A stretch of 64,000 bases of DNA from the human T2T-CHM13v2.0 reference genome, Homo sapiens. Shown here in pieces: positions 60,359 through 64,000 of the stretch; the stretch's first letter is position 1; every line of letters starts with the position of its first letter. The notes beneath the pieces were generated by a model. The model saw only the letters and a list, made by a program, of their open reading frames with translations. It did no database searches and was not told where the DNA came from. The stretch lies in NCBI RefSeq assembly GCF_009914755.1, contig NC_060933.1; one strand, given 5' to 3'. The translations under genes were made by a program, and so were the position numbers.

Positions 60359-60461
60359 CCTGCAGCTTGGCAGCAGCGTGCGCGAGCAGCTTGGAATCAC
60401 TGCCTCCGGAGCCGCAGCGAGTCTGTCCGATCTGAAATTTCAGCTGGAACACTTTCAGAGC
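60359..60461 (-). other. PTPRD: 5'UTR part (103 nt) of the PTPRD start-codon exon
   Basis: Acceptor tttcttccttttcttttctcttcctccccgctttcag| ends at 60462; possible branch point ctaag ~48 nt upstream; no upstream ATG in the exon. Confidence 0.92.
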
Positions 60462-61159
60462 CTGAAAGCGGGGAGGAAGAGAAAAGAAAAGGAAGAAAAC
60501 ACAAAAGTGCTTAGATTTCTTACTCTTTCCCCCCTGGTTCCATCACAATCACCATGACAGACACAATCCATTGTAAATACACAATAAATTGTAACTGTCA
60601 TACTTTGTTTGTATTAGGAAGGAAATAACTTGGTTTGTAAAATGTAGGAGTCTTAGACTATCCGGGTTTGTGTTACGTGGGAGCTCTCGCATTCCCAATT
60701 TTAGGCTCTCCTAAAGCCAACCACCTTGACTTTCATTCTTTGCTTATGCCACCTTTTGGGCAAAGACCTAAAAAAGGAACTGTCACTTCTTATGAAACAT
60801 TACGTAAATACATCAGTGCAAAGAAGCACACCAGTGCTATGAGAAAGATTTAAGAGAAGTTCCTCCATGCAGGATAAAAGTCTATTACTGACACAATAAT
60901 GGAAGCTGCTTTTTTGGCATCAGTTGAAATGACAGGGCTAATTCAACTTCTCCAGGTAAATAGCAGAGGTTAGAATTTTTTACACTAGCATATTTGGCTT
61001 CTTCCCTGAAGACACATCAATGTTCAAGTCTAGTTTGGCATCAATAAGTCAAAACAATAGTTAGCATGAGCCTCTTTCATTTAACAGGATTTTTATATGC
61101 CTCCTGGGCAAGGGTTTAATTTCCTCAGTCTTCTCTGTAAAATCAAAAAGCCACAAACT

Positions 61160-61500
61160 ATTTTTAGAGCACCTACTGTGTGCAAGGCATCAAGAGTGAC
61201 AGCACAAGGTGTCTCAAGGCAGAAAGATGAGTCAGGTTCTATTATTTTTGTTTCCAGATTAGTAGGGAAAATAAAGCAGGTACACCAGATGATTAGTACA
61301 ATTTAATAAGTGATTAGCGCCAGGAAGGAAAACCAGATAATGCTATAAAAGATAGGATCAAGACTGACATCATGGAAATAGTGTCTCAAACTAGGCCTTG
61401 AAGTTTAACCAGGATTTTAACAAGATGACGAAAAGGCATTCCAGGAATTCTATGCAAAGGCAGGGCAGTGGGAAAGGAACTTTGGAAAACCTGAGTTTCC
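61160..61500 (-). mobile_element. L2 3' end
   Basis: tttagagcacctactgtgtgcaaggca..aaggcattccagg; L2-like sequence resumes ~62480-62720. Confidence 0.6.
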
Positions 61501-61514
61501 TGGTTTGGTTGGAA

Positions 61515-62075
61515 TAGGGCCTCCCAAAGGTCAGCATGCACGGGGCCCCCTGGAAGCCTTCTTAGAACAGATGCGTGAGTACTACCATCAGAGTTCATGG
61601 GTCAGTAGGTCTGTGGTGGGGATCCAATAATTCAATAATTTGGTTTTTTTTTGTTTTTTTTTTTTTGTTTTTTTTTTTTAGACAGTCTCACTCTGTCACC
61701 CAGGCTGTAGTGCAGTGGTACAATCACGGCTCACTGCAAACGCTGCTTCCCAGGTTCAAGTGGTTCTCCTGTCTCAGCCACCCAAGTAGCTGAGATTACA
61801 GGTGCCCACCACCATGCCTGGGTAATTTTTGTACTTTTAGTAGAGGCAAGGTTTCACCATGTTAACCAAGCTGGTCTCAAACTCCTGGCATCAAGTGATC
61901 TGCCTGCCTCAGCCTCCCAAAGTGCTAGGATTACAGGGATGAGCCACCACTCTTGGCCTACCAAAGTGCTAGGATTACAGGACTGGGTCACATATTTGCA
62001 TAAATTTGCATTTCTACATGTTCCTGGGTGATGCTGATGCTGCCAGTCCAGAGACCACACTTTGAGAACCTTCTG
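61515..62075 (-). mobile_element. MER5A interrupted by an Alu
   Basis: cagtaggtctgtggtgggg..[Alu]..aatttgcatttcta..gtgatgctgatgctgc..gaccacactttgagaacc. Confidence 0.85.
61644..61958 (-). mobile_element. AluS (Sz/Sx-like)
   Basis: Full dimer with T tail. Confidence 0.94.
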
Positions 62076-62142
62076 GTTGAAGTCATGGGAAACCATCTTC
62101 TATTAGGAAAACCAGAAGATGAAGCAAAAGAAAATGGTTCAG

Positions 62143-62512
<370 letters not shown>

Positions 62513-64000
62513 TTATTCAGCAAACTACAAAAAGAGCCATTTAATGTTTTAGAGCAGAGGAACCATGGAACCAGGCTTTGGAAAGATTAACTGACAACTG
62601 GATCAGGGATGATTTAGAGAATGCTATTAGGCCACAGCAAGAGTTTCAGGTGAGAAGTGACACAGGACTTAAGAGTAATGGTGGTACTGGTGGGAATTAG
62701 GAAGGGAGGCAATGACTGGCTCCAAGCAATCATTTGAAGTATAATTCTTCACGTGTTAAATAATTGTACCTATAGAACCCTCAATAAATCTAGCACAGCC
62801 TCTTATGCAGAGTACACTCTTAATGAAAAATTTAAAAATAAAGAGAGTAGATCACATCCTACTGCATCCTCTATTACTGCAGAAAATATCTGAAAATGAC
62901 TATCAGTATTCATTTGCAAAATGAAACTGCATACCTTTAATTTTTAAAACTGAAATATTTGAAACATATACAAAATTTTTGACAGGAAATACTAGAGATA
63001 TCCAGCAATAACCTAATCCACTAAAATAACTTGTACTTTAAAAAGAATTATAATGCAGATACCATAGTATGTCATTTCTGAAACTCAGCTTAAGCATGAG
63101 AACAAAAATTGTTTTAAAGATATTACCTTTTTTATTACTATTCATAAGCGGTTTGAATGCAGGAAAGATAAAACTAAAAAGGAGAGGAATCACTCTACCA
63201 TTCTATTAGATAGTCTCCTTTTTTTTTTTTTAAACAGTGGGTTGGCATGAAGAAGCAAGTGGTACAGTGGAAAACTTCTTGAATCCAGAAGCTGGCCAGC
63301 TGTTCCAAATCAGCTATTGTTATCAATCGCCTCTGAAAATCAACTTATCAAGCAGTTCACAGCTATCAGATGTTAAAAATCTCAAAAGTTCATAGGAAAA
63401 GTGCTAAAGGAATCAGCTCTCCCCTCCCCATTCCCCTCCTCCCGCTTTCACTGCTCCCATCCTCATGCCAGCATTTCAAATGACAGCAAAGTCCAGGAGA
63501 CATCAGTCCTGTCGGACTCAATTTGTGTCTGTGCAAGCGTATCAGAGCCAACTGCTACATAATGACTCCGTGTGATCACAGAGATGGAGACCTATGAATG
63601 CTCACTCAGGGAAGAAGTGATTTGGCTTTTCCTCCTACTCAGCTGAAGTGCAGAAGAAGACCAAATTTTTTCAAATGAACCTTCAAATGTTACTCCTGGA
63701 CTAGCAACAGTGATAGGATCTAGCACTCTAGAAACGAATGCAGCTATAAACATACATATTTATCCTTAAATGGGTTGTGCCCAAAGGAGGTCAGAGGTGT
63801 GAAGATGAAACGTATTCTAAATGTTCATTCCGGCTAATCTCCATTCCTTATCTTGTTTATTACACAGCAACATTGCCAAAAGGGAAATGCTAGCTGCCTA
63901 TCAGTAAGGTGGAATTTAAATTTAGGTACAAAAATTGGAAATGGATTCTTAAGAAAATAATTAAACCAAAAATAAACAGGATAAAAGAATATTATAAGGA

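Noticed and set aside
60143-60400. 85-aa ORF running through the PTPRD exon
   Set aside because: Only 60295-60358 is real CDS. The upstream part is UTR from a non-ATG start, and the tail reads past the gtaagc donor into the intron.

Overview
Human-type (primate) genomic DNA, AT-rich and dense in Alu, L1, L2, MIR, MaLR-LTR and DNA-transposon fossils. The only host-gene exon I can support is on the minus strand at 60295-60461. It is a 167-nt exon with 103 nt of 5'UTR and the first 64 coding nt ([21 protein letters not shown], a signal peptide), which I recognise as the start-codon exon of PTPRD (receptor tyrosine phosphatase delta, chr9p). The rest of the window reads as PTPRD intron. At 39827-40460 is a full-length processed pseudogene of RPL18A, antisense to PTPRD, with an 18-bp target-site duplication (TSD), a poly(A) tail, one nonsense codon and CpG-island-like CpG density. 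The other ORFs in the track are repeat-derived or chance. I found no convincing new multi-gene system. The best leads are all hypotheses: the CpG-rich retrocopy, a candidate 9-nt in-frame microexon, a sense THE1A LTR that has lost both its splice donor and poly(A) signal, RNA structure around the start-codon exon, a solo Hsmar1 TIR, and several motif-dense unique intronic segments. Repeat subfamily calls are by eye against remembered consensus sequences, and boundaries of old repeats are approximate.
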